From positions 1,571,794 through 1,635,793 of the forward strand of contig NZ_CP118957.1 in assembly GCF_029023825.1 (NCBI RefSeq): DNA of 64,000 bases, written 5' to 3'. Origin of the DNA: Enterococcus saccharolyticus subsp. saccharolyticus (lineage in GTDB: Bacteria > Bacillota > Bacilli > Lactobacillales > Enterococcaceae). Below are positions 42,807-54,174 of the stretch, in pieces (the first letter of the stretch is position 1; each line of letters begins with the position of its first letter). The notes beneath the pieces are model-generated. The model was not told where the DNA came from. It did not search any database and saw only the letters and a list, made by a program, of their open reading frames with translations. A program made the position numbers and the translations under genes.

Positions 42807-44221
42807 TTAGCTAACTCTTTCGTCAGTACATCCACTGCTTTATCATACATTTGATCGCTTTTACGCAAAACATCCGTGATTTTCAGTTCGATAACAACTG
42901 CTGTTTCAGCATCAACTTCGCCAGTTTCTTTTAGTTGATTTGATTTTTGAACGTCTTTGACCGCCTGTTCGGTTATCTCATTAAACGTATCACCTGTTGT
43001 TTGATAATTCAACACATGTAAAAAGGTATTTAAATTCTCAACTTCTTCAGAGGTCATTCCTTTTTTCAGTGATTTATTTTTAGGTAATGGTGGCAAATAA
43101 GCATATTCGGGGAAATCAACTTGAATGGTTGGTTCAAGACCTGTTTCATTAATCCATTCCCCAGATGGTGTTAACCATTTTTGCACAGTCATTTTTAATT
43201 CGCTTTGATCACCAAAGCCATTCACTGTCTGCACAGTACCTTTTCCAAATGTTTTTGTACCAATTACCGGTGCTTTTGCGGATTCTTTTAATGCAGCTGC
43301 AAAAATTTCTGATGCAGAAGCACTTCCTCCATCAACCAAGACCGCAACAGGTTCAGTAACTTTAAAGCCACCATCTAAATCTTTTGATGCTTCACTTGCA
43401 CCGACAATTTGGTCATCCGTGGCAAACTGGACAATTGTTTGGCCATCTTCTAAAAACATACTCGCCATTGCTTCGACTTGACTCAAATAGCCTCCAGGAT
43501 TTTGTCGCAAATCGATCACAAAAGATTTTGCGCCTTCTTTGCGTAGTTTTTTTATCGCTTCTTGTAATTCACGAGCAGTACTTTCATTAAAACTAGCAAT
43601 TTGTATATTGCCGATTGGCTGTTTGTTATCCATCTCAGCGACTAACGACGCAATTGGAATTTCACCACGTGTAATTTCGACATCAAATGTCTTTTCTTCA
43701 CGTTGAATAGTTAGCGTTACTTTGGTTCCTTTTTTGCCTCGAATCGACTGTACCACTTCAGTTAATGTTTGCCCAATTGTATCATTGCCATCAACTTTTA
43801 GAATTTTATCATGAATCTTCACCCCTGCTTTTTCAGCAGGACTATCTTTCACTGGAGCCTGAGCCACTTCTGGAAGGTTATCGACCAATGTTAACGTTGC
43901 ACCAATTCCCTCAAAGCTATCAGATAGTGAATTAGACAACTGTTCAGCTTCTTCTTTTCCTAAATAAGTTGTATATGGATCATTTAATGCTTCGGTCATT
44001 CCTTTTAATGCACCTTCAATCAAGGTATCTTTATCAACTTTTTGATAGTAGTCTTCTTGTAAGGTGTGATACAGTGTATGCACTTTTTGCAATTCATCCT
44101 CATCATTGGAAGCTAATGTTGCTCCTGAATGACTGGCTATATACACACCCCCACCAGAAATAATTGCCACACAAACGAGTGAAATAATATATCTATGAAA
44201 AGGTATTTGTTTATTTTGCAT
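42803..44221 (-). CDS. ctpA: Carboxy-terminal processing protease (S41) with a PDZ domain.
   Basis: S41 tail-specific protease core with a PDZ domain. 4-nt overlap with lepB. Confidence 0.85.
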   Translation of the reverse strand: MQNKQIPFHRYIISLVCVAIISGGGVYIASHSGATLASNDEDELQKVHTLYHTLQEDYYQKVDKDTLIEGALKGMTEALNDPYTTYLGKEEAEQLSNSLSDSFEGIGATLTLVDNLPEVAQAPVKDSPAEKAGVKIHDKILKVDGNDTIGQTLTEVVQSIRGKKGTKVTLTIQREEKTFDVEITRGEIPIASLVAEMDNKQPIGNIQIASFNESTARELQEAIKKLRKEGAKSFVIDLRQNPGGYLSQVEAMASMFLEDGQTIVQFATDDQIVGASEASKDLDGGFKVTEPVAVLVDGGSASASEIFAAALKESAKAPVIGTKTFGKGTVQTVNGFGDQSELKMTVQKWLTPSGEWINETGLEPTIQVDFPEYAYLPPLPKNKSLKKGMTSEEVENLNTFLHVLNYQTTGDTFNEITEQAVKDVQKSNQLKETGEVDAETAVVIELKITDVLRKSDQMYDKAVDVLTKELAK

Positions 44222-44329
44222 GTAGTTCCTCTACTTTCATATCGATGAGCATTTCTATACTTTGCATCATACCATAAGAAAAAAGAAGACGGTACAAAAG
44301 TCTATTATGACTTTTCCGCCTCCTTTTTA

Positions 44330-44551
44330 TTATGCATTATTCTCAAGATATTTCTCCCAAATACGGTCAAAAATATCCATGTTTTCTAAATAATTACTAT
44401 TCATTTCTAAATAGTTAGAGACTTCATCATAATCATCCGTATGTTTTGGAAATTGACTATCATGACTTGCATTTGTTGCAAAAATTTGTTCTTCATCTAT
44501 ATGACTCGGTCCTTTTAACGTCATCAAATACTGATAGAAACTTCTTCTCAT
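44330..44551 (-). CDS. yozE: YozE-like small protein (UPF0346 family).
   Basis: 73 aa with the YozE pattern (SFYQYLMT...). Confidence 0.6.
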   Translation of the reverse strand: MRRSFYQYLMTLKGPSHIDEEQIFATNASHDSQFPKHTDDYDEVSNYLEMNSNYLENMDIFDRIWEKYLENNA

Positions 44552-44555
44552 GTTC

Positions 44556-45071
44556 TCACCAATTCTCTTTTAAAAATGCTTCTCGACGAGCATGATTACG
44601 CTCAAAATTTGCCGGATTTTTTTTGTAATAATCTTGATGGTACAATTCTGCTGGATAAAACGGATGTGCCGGTTCAATACTTGTCACAATTGGTTTAGTA
44701 AAGCGTCCAGAATCTTGTAATGCTTGTTTGCTTGCCTCAGCAATTTTCTTTTGTTCTTCATTAAAATAGAAGATTACTGGACGATAATTATCTCCACGAT
44801 CTTCAAATTGACCAAACGCATCAGTTGGATCCGTTTGTTGCCAATAAATTTCCACTAAGTCTTTAAAAGAAATTAATTCGGGATCAAAAATAATTTCTAC
44901 GGCTTCTGTATGCCCTGTCGTATGACTACATACTTGCTCATACGTTGGATTTTCCACATGACCTGCTGTATAGCCTGACATGATTGAATGAATCCCTGGT
45001 AATTCATCAAAAGGTTGCACCATACACCAAAAACAACCTCCTGCAAAAATAGCTCTTTCCATTATTGTCAC
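44556..45071 (-). CDS. msrA: Peptide methionine sulfoxide reductase MsrA.
   Basis: N-terminal GGCFWC catalytic motif. Confidence 0.95.
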   Translation of the reverse strand: MTIMERAIFAGGCFWCMVQPFDELPGIHSIMSGYTAGHVENPTYEQVCSHTTGHTEAVEIIFDPELISFKDLVEIYWQQTDPTDAFGQFEDRGDNYRPVIFYFNEEQKKIAEASKQALQDSGRFTKPIVTSIEPAHPFYPAELYHQDYYKKNPANFERNHARREAFLKENW

Positions 45072-45709
45072 TCCTTTTCTTTCGATTCAGGTAAATAAAG
45101 ACTTACTTGAATCTCATCGTCAACCAAATTTATTTTGTCTGCTTTTAAAAACAGACCATTTTGCATCCGAAATTGATCTAAACGTAACATCACAGTTTCT
45201 TCTTTCGGATCAATTTCAATCCATTTTGGCATATCGTAATTTCGTTGAATCATTTTCATGACTTCCGTAATCGGTACACCAAGAGTGCCAACTGATAAAC
45301 TTTTCGCTTTCAACTGAACATTTCCATTATCCATCACATACGGATCAAAATAAAGATAAAAAGTGACCGGAAACCCTAAAATTTTAAATTCACCAGTTAA
45401 TAAGGCTTCATTTTCCAAACGAAAATCATATTTTACGTCAGAATCTTTTTGGTATTCATCTAAATAAAAATCGATTAGCGAGTTAATTTGTTCTTTATTA
45501 CTTCGAATATTTAATACTGGATTTCCTTCACGCTCTACTAATGCAGGAATGTCATGTTTGGCAAAATCTCTTTTTTCCGTAATTCGTGTGAATAAAAAGA
45601 ACGTACTCCCTACTACCATACCAATCAATACAAAAAAAGCAACTTTCCATTTATTTAAGTCTTTCCATGAAAAAGTTTTTTTCGGTGCTGGTTTTTCTTC
45701 TGGTGTCAT
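45068..45709 (-). CDS. YpmS-like membrane-anchored protein (DUF2140).
   Basis: Single N-terminal TM segment. Conserved position between the YpmR-like lipase and msrA. Confidence 0.6.
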   Translation of the reverse strand: MTPEEKPAPKKTFSWKDLNKWKVAFFVLIGMVVGSTFFLFTRITEKRDFAKHDIPALVEREGNPVLNIRSNKEQINSLIDFYLDEYQKDSDVKYDFRLENEALLTGEFKILGFPVTFYLYFDPYVMDNGNVQLKAKSLSVGTLGVPITEVMKMIQRNYDMPKWIEIDPKEETVMLRLDQFRMQNGLFLKADKINLVDDEIQVSLYLPESKEKE

Positions 45710-46594
45710 TTACTCACCCTCCTTTAGTAACCATTCATTTTTAGTTTGAGTTATTTCATCTTTAACTGCTTTGGCTATTAATTGGTAGCCAATATTATTC
45801 GGATGAAATTTATCTTTATCATACAAGACGTTATTTTGAACAATACTCAAATCATTGCCTGTTTCACTAGAACTTTCTTCGGTTTGTGCAGCCGTTGTTG
45901 GTTGTCCTAGACCCGAGGCAATGACATCATTGATGGGAATAAAATACGTGTTTTCGTTTTCTGCGACGATTGCTTTAGTTCCCTCATTCCAATTATCAAC
46001 AATGGTCTGCATGTCAGTAATCTCAGGAAAATTCACATAAAACGGATTATACACGCCCACGACATAAATAGGTGCATCAGGATTTAAGTGTCGGAGTTCT
46101 GCTAGTAATTCAGTTAATTGTGTTTGATATTTCTTTAATGGTTTATTAAACGTTTTGACTGATAGCCCAAAAATATTATTTTGAATGACTTTCATCAAAT
46201 CATTCCCACCAACTGTTAGCGTAATAATATCTGATTCCGACATACTTTTTTGAATTGCCTCTTCTTTTTTCAAACGTTTAAAAATTTGATCGCTACGTTC
46301 ACCCGCCACACCATAATTTTCCACTTCCACACTGGTTAATTGGAATTCTTCTTGTAAATCATTGGCGACAATCGGGACAAAACCGCCACGTTTCGTATCA
46401 TCTCCAACACCCTCTGTTAATGAATCACCTAATGCGGTATAACGAATCGTTTCTTTATATTTTTCAGTAGCAACTTGAATCGTTCCATTTAATCTAGGCT
46501 GTGCCTTAGGAAACACTTGTTGGAGGACCAAAAATGTTAAAAATGCCAGTAAAGCAACAGCAAAAATAGGTCCTAATATTTTTTGAATCTTCAC
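45710..46594 (-). CDS. SGNH/GDSL hydrolase family protein (YpmR-like).
   Basis: GDSLT block near the N-terminus and a signal/anchor sequence. Confidence 0.75.
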   Translation of the reverse strand: MKIQKILGPIFAVALLAFLTFLVLQQVFPKAQPRLNGTIQVATEKYKETIRYTALGDSLTEGVGDDTKRGGFVPIVANDLQEEFQLTSVEVENYGVAGERSDQIFKRLKKEEAIQKSMSESDIITLTVGGNDLMKVIQNNIFGLSVKTFNKPLKKYQTQLTELLAELRHLNPDAPIYVVGVYNPFYVNFPEITDMQTIVDNWNEGTKAIVAENENTYFIPINDVIASGLGQPTTAAQTEESSSETGNDLSIVQNNVLYDKDKFHPNNIGYQLIAKAVKDEITQTKNEWLLKEGE

Positions 46595-46720
46595 ATTTGT
46601 GCCCCTTCCTCTTCTGATTTCTCTGCTATTTTAGCAGAAAATAACGAAAAAACATACTAAGCGTTCTTTTGATAAACGATTTTTAAACAAAAAAAGCACC
46701 TAAAAAGATGCTTCTTGTAA

Positions 46721-47563
46721 CTATTCCGTATAATACATAACCGCAAAGGCGCCTTCACCGGTATGCGTTGCAATAATTGGTGTCGTGTGAAGTAAACAAA
46801 TATCCATTTTAGGGAATATTTCTTGAAGTTCACGTTTGAATTTTTCTGACTGCTCTAATCCACCCGCGTAAGAAATCCCAATTTGTTTGACGGCGGGATT
46901 ATTTTTTAGTTCATTTTTTAGTTCTTCAAACCATTTATTGAATGTCTTTGCACCACGGCCTTTAACAACTGGCACCAATTCAGAATTTTTCAATTCCATG
47001 ATGACACGCATGTTTAAAAAGCTAGAAAGCATGCCTTTTGCACGACTAATTCGACCACCTTTTACTAAATTTTCCAATGTCGATAAGCCAATAAATAATT
47101 TTGTATTACTTAAAATATTTTTAACAACTGGTAAAACTTCGTCTAATGTCTTACCTTCTTGTGCTAATTCCGCTGCTCGAATCACTGCAAAAGATAGTCC
47201 TTGGTCTGTCATATCTGTTTCAACAACAGTTACTTTACTTTTTGAAAGATTACCAGCTTGTCTCGCTGCTTCAACAGTTCCACTCAATGCTTTTGTCATA
47301 TGAATCGATAAAATTTCACTACCGTCTTTTCCTAATTCATCATATAACTCTGCAAATTCACCAATTGGTGGTTGACTTGTTTTTGGTAATTCTTTGGAAG
47401 TTGACATCATTTCCATGAATTTTTCTCCAGGTAGTTGATCGTCATCGCGATACACCACACCATCAATCATCACGGATAATGGCACTACATGAATATTCAA
47501 CTGATCTCTTACACTTTTTTTCATTGTACAAGATGAATCAGTAACTATCTTAAGATTTCCCAT
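46721..47563 (-). CDS. degV: DegV-family fatty-acid-binding protein.
   Basis: DegV/EDD fold pattern (IVTDSSC...), 280 aa. Confidence 0.85.
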   Translation of the reverse strand: MGNLKIVTDSSCTMKKSVRDQLNIHVVPLSVMIDGVVYRDDDQLPGEKFMEMMSTSKELPKTSQPPIGEFAELYDELGKDGSEILSIHMTKALSGTVEAARQAGNLSKSKVTVVETDMTDQGLSFAVIRAAELAQEGKTLDEVLPVVKNILSNTKLFIGLSTLENLVKGGRISRAKGMLSSFLNMRVIMELKNSELVPVVKGRGAKTFNKWFEELKNELKNNPAVKQIGISYAGGLEQSEKFKRELQEIFPKMDICLLHTTPIIATHTGEGAFAVMYYTE

Positions 47564-47703
47564 TCTTCTTTCACTCTCTCTTTAACACTGGTCCTATTTC
47601 ATGTTAGAATACTATTGAACCATTTCTTGTCTTTAGTATAACAGACAAAAATTGATTTTTCATCTAACTTAACTAATTTCCAAATGAAAAGAGGAAGGCG
47701 TTT

Positions 47704-48357
47704 ATGGAAACATCTAAATTTACTCGAAAATATCTTATCGTGAATGAGGTCTTAAATGCTATCACACACGGTGTCGGATTCGGGCTCAGTATTGCAGGTT
47801 TAGTCATCTTATTGGTCAAAGGTGCCCACTTAGGATCACCTATGTATATTGTTTCTTATGCTATTTACGGTTCCATGATGATTTTGTTATTTTTATTTTC
47901 CACACTATTTCACAGTTTAATTTTTACAAGAGCGAAAAAAGTCTTTCAAGTCTTTGACCATGCCTCTATTTTTTTATTGATTGCAGGTAGCTATACACCA
48001 TTTTGTTTATTAAGCATTCGTGGATGGTTAGGCTGGACATTATTTGGGGCTATTTGGTTGTTAGCCATTAGTGGCATTGTTTATAAATCAATCACGCTTC
48101 ACAAACAAGAAACAGTATCAAAAATTTCTACAATTATCTATATTATGATGGGATGGTTGTGTTTGCTCGCATTTCAACCATTGACTCATTCTTTAGGGCT
48201 TTGGGGAACCATTTTATTAGCTAGCGGTGGCGTTTCTTATACAGTGGGTGCTTTATTTTATAGCTTAAAAAATGTCCGCTTCATGCATGTAGTTTGGCAT
48301 TTGTTTGTCATGTTAGGTGCCGGACTGATGTATTTTTCAGTATTGTTTTTCACATAA
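47704..48357 (+). CDS. Hemolysin III / PAQR-family membrane protein (YqfA-like), 7 TM.
   Basis: Seven hydrophobic segments and conserved His motifs (HGVGFG, HVVWHLFV). Confidence 0.8.
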   Translation: METSKFTRKYLIVNEVLNAITHGVGFGLSIAGLVILLVKGAHLGSPMYIVSYAIYGSMMILLFLFSTLFHSLIFTRAKKVFQVFDHASIFLLIAGSYTPFCLLSIRGWLGWTLFGAIWLLAISGIVYKSITLHKQETVSKISTIIYIMMGWLCLLAFQPLTHSLGLWGTILLASGGVSYTVGALFYSLKNVRFMHVVWHLFVMLGAGLMYFSVLFFT

Positions 48358-48391
48358 AAAAGCAGCAGTTCACTAAACGAACTGCTGCTTT

Positions 48392-48880
48392 TTACTTACG
48401 AGCAAAGGTTTGATAACGATGTGCGTATCTATTTTTTTCATCAACGATACCTTCTGTTGTTTGCACAAGTTGCCATTGTGACCAATCAATAGTAGGCATG
48501 TAGATATCTCCGTCAAATTCTTCATCAATCAGTGTACATAATAGTTCGTCACAATAAGGTAAATAGTCCTTAAAAATTAAAGCACCACCAATAATATAGA
48601 CGGGATGGTTCACCTTATTTGCATAATCTAGTACTTCTTCGACAGTATGCATCACGAGAACCCCATCACTTTGATAATTTTCATCACGAGTTAAAACGAT
48701 TGTTTGGCGATTTGGCAAGACACGTTTTCCCATTCCTTCAAATGTTTTTCGGCCCATTACAATGGTTTTACCAATTGTGGTTTCTTTAAAAAATTTTAAA
48801 TCTGCTGGTAAATGCCATGGCAATTGATTATCTTTTCCAATTAGACCATTTTTATCTTGTGCCCAAAGAGCTACTAACAT
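48392..48880 (-). CDS. folA: Dihydrofolate reductase (chromosomal).
   Basis: MLVALWAQDKNGLIGKDNQLPWHLPADLKFFK signature. Sits downstream of thyA in the classic arrangement. Confidence 0.95.
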   Translation of the reverse strand: MLVALWAQDKNGLIGKDNQLPWHLPADLKFFKETTIGKTIVMGRKTFEGMGKRVLPNRQTIVLTRDENYQSDGVLVMHTVEEVLDYANKVNHPVYIIGGALIFKDYLPYCDELLCTLIDEEFDGDIYMPTIDWSQWQLVQTTEGIVDEKNRYAHRYQTFARK

Positions 48881-48898
48881 GTACGTTCCTTCTTTCCT

Positions 48899-49846
48899 TT
48901 ACACTGCAATCGGTGCTTTAATTGTTGGATGTGGATTGTATCCTTCAAGGGTAATATCTGTCATTTCAAAATCAAAAATCGATTGTTTTTCTTGATTTAA
49001 ATGTAACTTTGGCGCTGATCGCACCTCTCGAGTAAGTTGTTCTTTCATCTGTTCAAAATGATTATTATATAAATGAGCATCGCCTAATGTATGCACAAAT
49101 TCACCAACAGCTAGACCTGTTTCATGCGCAATTAAATGAGTTAACAACGCATAACTTGCGATATTAAAAGGTACGCCCAAAAAGACGTCTGCACTACGTT
49201 GATACAACTGGCAACTTAATTTACCATCATTTACATAAAATTGAAACATCGTATGGCAAGGTGGTAAAGCCATCGTTGGAACATCTTCTGGGTTCCAAGC
49301 GGAAACAATCAAACGTCTTGAATCTGGTGTCGTTTTAATCATTTCCACCACATCTTGAATTTGATCGATAAACCCGCCATTAGCTGTTTCCCAATGACGC
49401 CATTGGTAACCATACACTTTTCCTAAATCGCCATATTGTTTAGCAAAAGTCTCATCTTCAACAATTTTTTGACAAAACATTGCCAATTCTTTTTGATACA
49501 CCTCGTTAAATGCTTCATCGACTAAACAACGGCGACCAAAGTCAGTCATATCGGGACCTTGATAATCTGCACTTTTGACATAACGGTCAAATGCCCATTC
49601 ATCCCAAATATGATTGTTGTGTTGTAGTAAATAACGAATATTGGTATCTCCCTTTAGAAACCATAAAAGTTCACTTTTGATGAGACCAAACGGCACTCGT
49701 TTTGTGGTTAATAAAGGAAAACCTTGACTCAAATCAAAACGCATTTGATGACCGAAAATGCTCTTCGTTCCAGTCCCTGTGCGATCGCCTTTCTGATTGC
49801 CTTCTTCAAGAATTTTTCTACCTAAATCAAGGTATGCTTGTTCCAT
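48899..49846 (-). CDS. thyA: Thymidylate synthase.
   Basis: Catalytic-Cys region (LPPCH-like), 315 aa. Confidence 0.95.
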   Translation of the reverse strand: MEQAYLDLGRKILEEGNQKGDRTGTGTKSIFGHQMRFDLSQGFPLLTTKRVPFGLIKSELLWFLKGDTNIRYLLQHNNHIWDEWAFDRYVKSADYQGPDMTDFGRRCLVDEAFNEVYQKELAMFCQKIVEDETFAKQYGDLGKVYGYQWRHWETANGGFIDQIQDVVEMIKTTPDSRRLIVSAWNPEDVPTMALPPCHTMFQFYVNDGKLSCQLYQRSADVFLGVPFNIASYALLTHLIAHETGLAVGEFVHTLGDAHLYNNHFEQMKEQLTREVRSAPKLHLNQEKQSIFDFEMTDITLEGYNPHPTIKAPIAV

Positions 49847-49857
49847 TGATGTTCCTC

Positions 49858-51735
49858 CTACTCGTCTGCTAACTCACTCAAATATGCCCAACGTTCCATT
49901 TTTTCATCTAACAATGTTTCCGTTTCGGTGAGTGCTGTTTGCAATTCTTGTAACTTTGTAAAATTATCTCCTTGATGATTCATTTCTTCCGAATAGTGCG
50001 CCATTTTTTCCTCTAATTCGGCAATATCTTCTTCAATGGTTTCCCATTCTTTTTTCTCCATATAACTGAGTTTTTTCTTCACTTTTTGTTCAGGTTGTTT
50101 TTCTACTGGTTTACTTTTTATGGTTACTTCTTTTGGTTGTTCGACTAAATAATCATTGATTGAACCAAAATAAGTCTCAATTTTGCCCGCTCCTTGAAAG
50201 ACAAGTAACTTTTCAGCAACTTTATCTAAGAAATAACGGTCATGTGACACGGTAATGACCGCACCCGGGAATGACTGCAAATAATCTTCTAGGATGGTTA
50301 ATGTATCAATATCTAAATCATTCGTTGGTTCATCCAATAACAAGACATTGGGCTGACCAATTAATAATTTCAATAAATATAAGCGCCGCTTTTCTCCACC
50401 AGATAGTTTACCAATTTTAGTTCCATGCATAAAACGTGGAAATAAAAAGCGTTCCAACATCTCGGCCACGCTAATTTGTGTACCATCACTACGTTTTACT
50501 TCTTCAGCTGCTTCTTGCAGATAAGCAATCATGCGTTGTTCACTATCCATGGCTTCATTTTGTTGCGTATAATAAGCCAAACGAACCGTTTCACCGACGA
50601 TTAATTCACCTTGTTCTAAAGGTAAGCGACTCGCTAGAATATTTAATAATGTCGATTTTCCTGCACCATTTTCTCCTGTAATACCTAAACGTTCTTTTGA
50701 TTGAATCAACAAATTAAAGTTATCTAAAATCAATTGCTCTCCAACATGATAAACGCCCTCTTTAATTTCAAGCACTTTTTTGCCTAAGCGTTTGGTTGCA
50801 ATATCAATCTCAACTTCTCCATTGGTTTTCACTTGATGAAGATTTTCTTTTAATTCGTCAAAACGATTGATCCGTGCTTGTTGTTTTGTCGTTCTCGCTT
50901 TGACACCTGCACGCATCCAAGACAATTCCTGTTTATATAATTGCTGACGTTTTTGTTCTTGTTCACTTTCAACACGCTCACGTTCAGCGCGTGCTAAGAC
51001 ATAGGCTTCATAATTTCCTTGGTATTCGTATAATTTCCCAAAAGACAATTCAAAAATACGATTTGTCACACGATCTAAAAAATAACGATCATGGGTAACC
51101 ATTAATAATGCGCCACGGTATTGGTTCAAATATCCTTCTAACCATTGAATCGCTTCATAGTCTAAGTGGTTGGTTGGCTCATCCAATAACAACAAATCAG
51201 GTTCATCAATTAACACTTGTGCTAAACCAACTCGTTTTTGCTGACCCCCAGATAATTCACTGACACTTTTGTCTAACTGATGGATACCAAGTTTTTGCAA
51301 AATAATTTTTGCATTAGTATCTGTTAACCACGCATCTTTTTCATTCATCGCTTCTTCGGCTAAGGTGTATTCTTTTTGTGCCTTAACATCTGAACCATCT
51401 ATTTCTAATTGTAATAAAGCTTGCTCATAGCGTTTGACAGTTTTTAACTGTTCACTTTCGCCTTGGAAGACAGCTTCTAAAACCGTTTGTGTCGTATCAA
51501 AAACGGTATCTTGTGACAAATAACCAATGCGATAATCACTTGGATAAAACACCTGTTGACGGTCACCATCGCCACTATCTTTACCTGACAAAATTGCTAA
51601 TAAACTGGTTTTTCCAGTTCCATTTACTCCGATTAATCCAATACGATCACGCGCATGAATTAAAAAGGAAATCTGATCAAAAAGCGTTTTTTCTCCGTAA
51701 GTTTTTGTCAACTCACTGACTTTTAATTCCTTCAC
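49858..51735 (-). CDS. ABC-F family ATPase (Uup/YfmR-like, two ABC domains plus a C-terminal coiled-coil), likely a ribosome-associated housekeeping factor.
   Basis: Two Walker A/B and LSGG sets with no TMD, and a C-terminal Glu-rich coiled-coil. Start reassigned to the GTG at 51735 (RBS GGAGGGG 5 nt upstream). The track ATG at 51777 has no RBS. Confidence 0.85.
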   Translation of the reverse strand: MKELKVSELTKTYGEKTLFDQISFLIHARDRIGLIGVNGTGKTSLLAILSGKDSGDGDRQQVFYPSDYRIGYLSQDTVFDTTQTVLEAVFQGESEQLKTVKRYEQALLQLEIDGSDVKAQKEYTLAEEAMNEKDAWLTDTNAKIILQKLGIHQLDKSVSELSGGQQKRVGLAQVLIDEPDLLLLDEPTNHLDYEAIQWLEGYLNQYRGALLMVTHDRYFLDRVTNRIFELSFGKLYEYQGNYEAYVLARAERERVESEQEQKRQQLYKQELSWMRAGVKARTTKQQARINRFDELKENLHQVKTNGEVEIDIATKRLGKKVLEIKEGVYHVGEQLILDNFNLLIQSKERLGITGENGAGKSTLLNILASRLPLEQGELIVGETVRLAYYTQQNEAMDSEQRMIAYLQEAAEEVKRSDGTQISVAEMLERFLFPRFMHGTKIGKLSGGEKRRLYLLKLLIGQPNVLLLDEPTNDLDIDTLTILEDYLQSFPGAVITVSHDRYFLDKVAEKLLVFQGAGKIETYFGSINDYLVEQPKEVTIKSKPVEKQPEQKVKKKLSYMEKKEWETIEEDIAELEEKMAHYSEEMNHQGDNFTKLQELQTALTETETLLDEKMERWAYLSELADE

Positions 51736-51882
51736 AGAATCCCCTCCATTTCCTTTCGTTATTGTAACATAAATCATGGAACTATGACGGCATAAATAAA
51801 AGTCAAAAAGACTCGAACGATAAATGAAAAAGCTAGGCTTTTTCTCTTATCGTTCGAATCTTTCGAATACTGCATGATATCT

Positions 51883-53904
51883 CTAATGCAGATTTTTACT
51901 AATCGCAAATGACTCCAATAAATTTACTTTTTGTCGATACGTATTCGCTGATAAAGAAGAAATTTTATCCTCACGTTCGTATTCATCAATTGTGCGACGC
52001 TCAAATGTATAACCGTTTAATAATTCGCGTTCATAAATTGGACTTTTTTCAATGGAAACCATCGACAATACGTTACGATGATACATCCGTTTTAACAACA
52101 TTTCTCGACGACCAGCTAAAAATGATAAAACTGTTTTGCTGACATTTTCTTCTTTTGCTTCTAATCGTTGATGTATACGTAAACTATTGGCATCATAAAT
52201 GTATTTCAATTCATGCACATTAATTTTAGAATTTTTCGGAAAATCATGTTCACGTTTTAGGCGCCAGAAACGTTTTGGATGTAACAAAATCCGTAACAAT
52301 CGACGACCAATTAATAACCATAAACTAATAAAAGATAAAAATTTCTTTTGATTAGCAAACTCATACCGATCTAACAAACGATTATAAATAACATAACTAG
52401 TATGACTAATTTCACCTTTTTGATACATTTCATCTAATCCTTGTTGTTCAATCGTTAGCATCCATGCTTGTAATTCTTGCACTTTTTTCTGATCGGTCTC
52501 CGTCATTCCTTCTGTTGTGATTTCCCAAATACGCATCCGATACTGATCAATAACCGCTTCGATGGCGGTTTCTTCTTCTTCAGAAAGGTGGTTATTGGCT
52601 AGCTTATGTTGCATATGTTTAATCACCTTATTTAAGACTTCTAATTCTTTTAAGTCAATTGGTTTTTCATATTCACCGTCAGATAAGAGCGGTAAAATTA
52701 ACATGCCCATTGTTAAACTGACGAAGATCACACACGCAGTTAAAAAGAGCAATAAAGCTCGTTGTTCAAATGCCACACCATTTACAGATAATGGCAAAAT
52801 AAAGATTGCCGCCAAGCTGACCGTTCCTTTGACACCACCAAAAGTTAACAATAAAATTTCGCGGAATGTCGTCTTTTCTGTCGCCTTATATTCTTTGATT
52901 AAATAAAAACCACGTACAAATAAGAAACGAACTAAGAAAACAACCACTGTAATCAACAGAACAATCATCAACAACCAGCCATTTGAATACGTACGGTCTG
53001 TCCAAACTGGTGAAATAACTTCTGATAACTCAATTCCTAAAAATAAAAAGACGAGCGCATTTAGTGTAAAACCAATCGTACTCCAAATATTCTCAGAAAC
53101 ATTTGCTAGCTGTGCATCAAATAATGTGATGCGATGATGACTTTTTGATTGTAAAACACCTGCTACCACTGCCGCAATAATGCCTGATACACCAATAATT
53201 TCAGCAATTACGTAGACTACAAACGGCAATAATAGTTCAATTAACAAGTAACTAATAACATCTTTTGCCGCTGCCTGCTCAATGAAGTGAAGAATTCGGT
53301 TTTTTATCCAAACGACAACTAAACCGACTAAAGCTCCGCCAATACTAGATAAAAACAAAGTAACTGATGCATTCACAACAGAAAATGTTCCTGTTAATAA
53401 TGCCGCTACTGCAAATTGAAATGCTGTTACACCTGACGCATCATTTAATAAGCCTTCACCATTTAAAATGTTGATTACTTTATCTGGCATTTTGAGTTTT
53501 TTTGACAATGAACCCACTGCAACTGCATCAGTCGGACCTAATGCCGCCCCAAATGCAAGACAAGCCGCAAGGGGAATGGTTGGGAAAAATGTGTGGAGAG
53601 TAAATCCTACTGCTAATAACGTTAAGATAACACCTCCGAAAGCTAAAAATAAAATAGTTGAAAAATTCTTAGCAATCGAAGAAATATTCGCTTCTTCGCC
53701 TTCTCTAAATAAGAGCGGCGCAATAATCATGACTAAGAAAATCTCTGGCTCAAACGTAATTTCATGCCCGTATTTCGACATCCCTAAGATAATTCCTAGA
53801 AAAATTTGGGCGAAAAAAATTGGGATTGTTGGCATCACTTTACTTAAAACGTTGGAAAAAGTAATCGTTAATGCAATGATAATCAGTAGTTCAATAAATT
53901 CCAT
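51883..53904 (-). CDS. Na+/H+ (cation/proton) antiporter, CPA1/NhaP-type, with a large cytoplasmic C-terminal domain; 673 aa.
   Basis: About 12 TM N-terminal exchanger domain plus a soluble C-terminal extension. Confidence 0.8.
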   Translation of the reverse strand: MEFIELLIIIALTITFSNVLSKVMPTIPIFFAQIFLGIILGMSKYGHEITFEPEIFLVMIIAPLLFREGEEANISSIAKNFSTILFLAFGGVILTLLAVGFTLHTFFPTIPLAACLAFGAALGPTDAVAVGSLSKKLKMPDKVINILNGEGLLNDASGVTAFQFAVAALLTGTFSVVNASVTLFLSSIGGALVGLVVVWIKNRILHFIEQAAAKDVISYLLIELLLPFVVYVIAEIIGVSGIIAAVVAGVLQSKSHHRITLFDAQLANVSENIWSTIGFTLNALVFLFLGIELSEVISPVWTDRTYSNGWLLMIVLLITVVVFLVRFLFVRGFYLIKEYKATEKTTFREILLLTFGGVKGTVSLAAIFILPLSVNGVAFEQRALLLFLTACVIFVSLTMGMLILPLLSDGEYEKPIDLKELEVLNKVIKHMQHKLANNHLSEEEETAIEAVIDQYRMRIWEITTEGMTETDQKKVQELQAWMLTIEQQGLDEMYQKGEISHTSYVIYNRLLDRYEFANQKKFLSFISLWLLIGRRLLRILLHPKRFWRLKREHDFPKNSKINVHELKYIYDANSLRIHQRLEAKEENVSKTVLSFLAGRREMLLKRMYHRNVLSMVSIEKSPIYERELLNGYTFERRTIDEYEREDKISSLSANTYRQKVNLLESFAISKNLH

Positions 53905-54174
53905 TGTACCATCTTCTTTCCTTAAGTTTTACATCTAATTTATTATACTTTATACCTCTTGTTTTCACGAACAGAAAGAAACAATTTTTCACAAATAATC
54001 CCGAAACTAGGCTATTTGGGTATAATCTTTTTAACTCTCTCTATTTATTTAGGTACCTAACATTTATCCAAGAACTATTATAGTTCGGTACCTAACTATT
54101 TGTCAATAACTTTCGTTGTTTTCTTTCAATGACATAAAAAAGATAGACACCCGAACAAGTGTCTATCTTTTGGA

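Noticed and set aside
48392-48880. Dihydrofolate reductase as an acquired trimethoprim-resistance dfr gene
   Set aside because: It sits in the conserved chromosomal thyA-folA arrangement with no flanking mobile-element signatures, so it is the native folA.
49858-51735. ABC-F protein as a possible antibiotic-resistance (ARE: Lsa/Vga/Msr) determinant
   Set aside because: Its roughly 625-aa length, the Glu-rich C-terminal coiled-coil domain, and its conserved position upstream of thyA-folA fit housekeeping Uup/YfmR-type ABC-F proteins rather than the shorter ARE subfamily.
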